Positions 26,715-27,957 of a DNA stretch of 27,957 bases are shown here, piece by piece. Origin of the DNA: a bacterium (GTDB taxonomy: Bacteria; SZUA-182; DTGQ01; JAFGSM01); NCBI GenBank assembly GCA_049472355.1, contig JBLIRP010000050.1, positions 1 to 27,957 of the forward strand. Reading direction: 5' to 3'. The translations under genes and the position numbers were made by a program. The notes under the pieces are model-generated. The model was not told the origin of the DNA. It saw only the letters and a program-made list of their open reading frames with translations, and did no database searches. How positions within the stretch are numbered: the stretch's first letter is position 1; every line of letters begins with the position of its first letter.

Positions 26715-27957
26715 TCAGTTGCATTCGGCTTCTATTTCATACCCGTTTGAGCAACTGTCGCATTCAGCCTCGTAATCATCCCCGGAACACGGTGCGGCAG
26801 GGTCCGTTATGACGGTGCCGGGATCGAGATCGCTTCCGCTGCAATCCTGGTCGATACCGTCACCCTCGATCTCCAGCGCCCCCGGATTTATATCCCGATC
26901 CGTATCATCGCAGTCCGATCCGCCCGACTCCAGGGAGGCGTAACCATCACCGTCCGCGTCCGTGAGGTCCCATCCGTTGCAGTTCTGGTCCACACCGTCG
27001 TTGAGGATCTCGAATGCACCGGGATACACCGAGGGGTCGAGGTCGTTGCAGTCGGCCCCGCCTGACACCGGCGAGGCAAACCCGTCCTCATCCGCGTCGA
27101 TGAGATCAGTCCCGTCGCAGTCCTGGTCGATGCCGTCGTTGGGCACCTCAGGGGCGCCGGGATACACGGAGAGGTCATAATCATTGCAGTCGGCCCCGCC
27201 TGACACCGGCGAGGCAAACCCATCCTCATCCGCATCGATGAGATCAGTCCCGTCGCAGTCCTGGTCGATGCCGTCGTTGGGCACCTCAGGGGCGCCGGGA
27301 TGTATATACGGTGCTGAATCGTCGCAATCCATCCCCCCTGCCACAACGGAGATGTAGCCGTCATTGTCCGCATCAGGAACATACTTCTCCAGGGCATTGG
27401 ACACCGCCTTATGGGGCCTGACCAGACCGTAGCCGTATATCTCGTCCCAGCCATGTTTGCCGAGGTCCAGCGCGGTCTCCCGGAGTATCATGTGGATGTC
27501 CTTCACGCTCAGGGCAGGGTTCGCCGAGAGCATCAATCCCACGATCCCTGACACCTCCGCCGTGGAAAGGGATGTCCCCTGCAGGAATTTGTATACGAAT
27601 TCGGTGGTATCGCATAGTCTCACCGAATAGTCATCATCATCACCGTCGGCGACCATGTAGCGTGTCTTGAAGGTGAGCTGCAGGATGCCGTCCGGAAATC
27701 CGTCATTGTTCAGATCATGGTTCAGGTCTCCACCCGGCGCCATAAAATCGAGCCCTGTGCCGCAGCTTGAATAGTAGGCCTTTTTATCCCGGTAATCGGT
27801 GGCGCCTATGGCAAACACCTCCTGGTAGGCAGCCGGATAGCAAATGATGTCCTCCTGATTGTTACCGGCGCCCGCCACCACAACAACCCCCGTATCGGCG
27901 GCATAGGCGATGGCCTCCCTGACGATCGGTCCCGGTTCCAGCCCCGAAGGCCAGGCC
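26715..27957 (-). CDS. Second S8 peptidase paralog (5'-truncated by window edge) with four Asp/Cys repeats
   Basis: The frame stays open to the right edge. AWPSGLEPGPIVREAIAYAADTG aligns with AWSPGVDPGPIVHEAIAYAADAG of the first paralog. Also has AGAGN, QGTSLS, four 46-aa repeats and the same Cys tail. Confidence 0.9.
   Translation of the reverse strand, partial: AWPSGLEPGPIVREAIAYAADTGVVVVAGAGNNQEDIICYPAAYQEVFAIGATDYRDKKAYYSSCGTGLDFMAPGGDLNHDLNNDGFPDGILQLTFKTRYMVADGDDDDYSVRLCDTTEFVYKFLQGTSLSTAEVSGIVGLMLSANPALSVKDIHMILRETALDLGKHGWDEIYGYGLVRPHKAVSNALEKYVPDADNDGYISVVAGGMDCDDSAPYIHPGAPEVPNDGIDQDCDGTDLIDADEDGFASPVSGGADCNDYDLSVYPGAPEVPNDGIDQDCDGTDLIDADEDGFASPVSGGADCNDLDPSVYPGAFEILNDGVDQNCNGWDLTDADGDGYASLESGGSDCDDTDRDINPGALEIEGDGIDQDCSGSDLDPGTVITDPAAPCSGDDYEAECDSCSNGYEIEAECN
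27046..27301. repeat. Near-identical direct repeat with 138-bp period inside the second subtilase
   Basis: 27046-27163 and 27184-27301 differ at only 2 of 118 positions, both synonymous. Confidence 0.9.

Noticed and set aside
27046..27301. Near-identical repeat pair as a DGR template/variable region
   Set aside because: The copies are tandem in-frame domain repeats with only synonymous changes, and no reverse transcriptase is in the window.

Overview
A GC-rich bacterial window, probably from an anaerobic diderm. The gene content resembles deltaproteobacteria/Desulfobacterota or a related uncultured lineage, but taxonomy cannot be fixed from the sequence alone. Housekeeping genes are a 4x[4Fe-4S] ferredoxin plus tungsten-type aldehyde:ferredoxin oxidoreductase, an NlpI-like TPR protein, tatB-tatC-moeA, rtcA and a REC-PAS-HisKA protein. 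They are interleaved with many exported proteins: a beta-propeller/4x Ig-like protein with a CFI-type C-terminal anchor, a secreted Gly/Tyr-rich (GGLYG) low-complexity protein, a 1769-aa protein, a FecR-domain protein, a 7-bladed propeller, a small secreted protein and two paralogous subtilases with 46-aa Asp/Cys repeats. Three observations stand out. (1) The 1769-aa ORF looks like a polyprotein: surface cargo, an internal GGCFI-TM sorting signal, a second internal signal peptide, then a TPR/outer-membrane beta-barrel, followed by a FecR gene. (2) Five correctly spaced sigma-54 (-24/-12) motifs occur: four precede exported-protein genes and one precedes a gene running off the left edge, suggesting a co-regulated envelope/matrix programme. 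(3) The GGLYG protein may be a structural or self-assembling matrix protein. No rRNA, tRNA, CRISPR array or transposase was seen. All product calls come from motif recognition by eye, not database searches.
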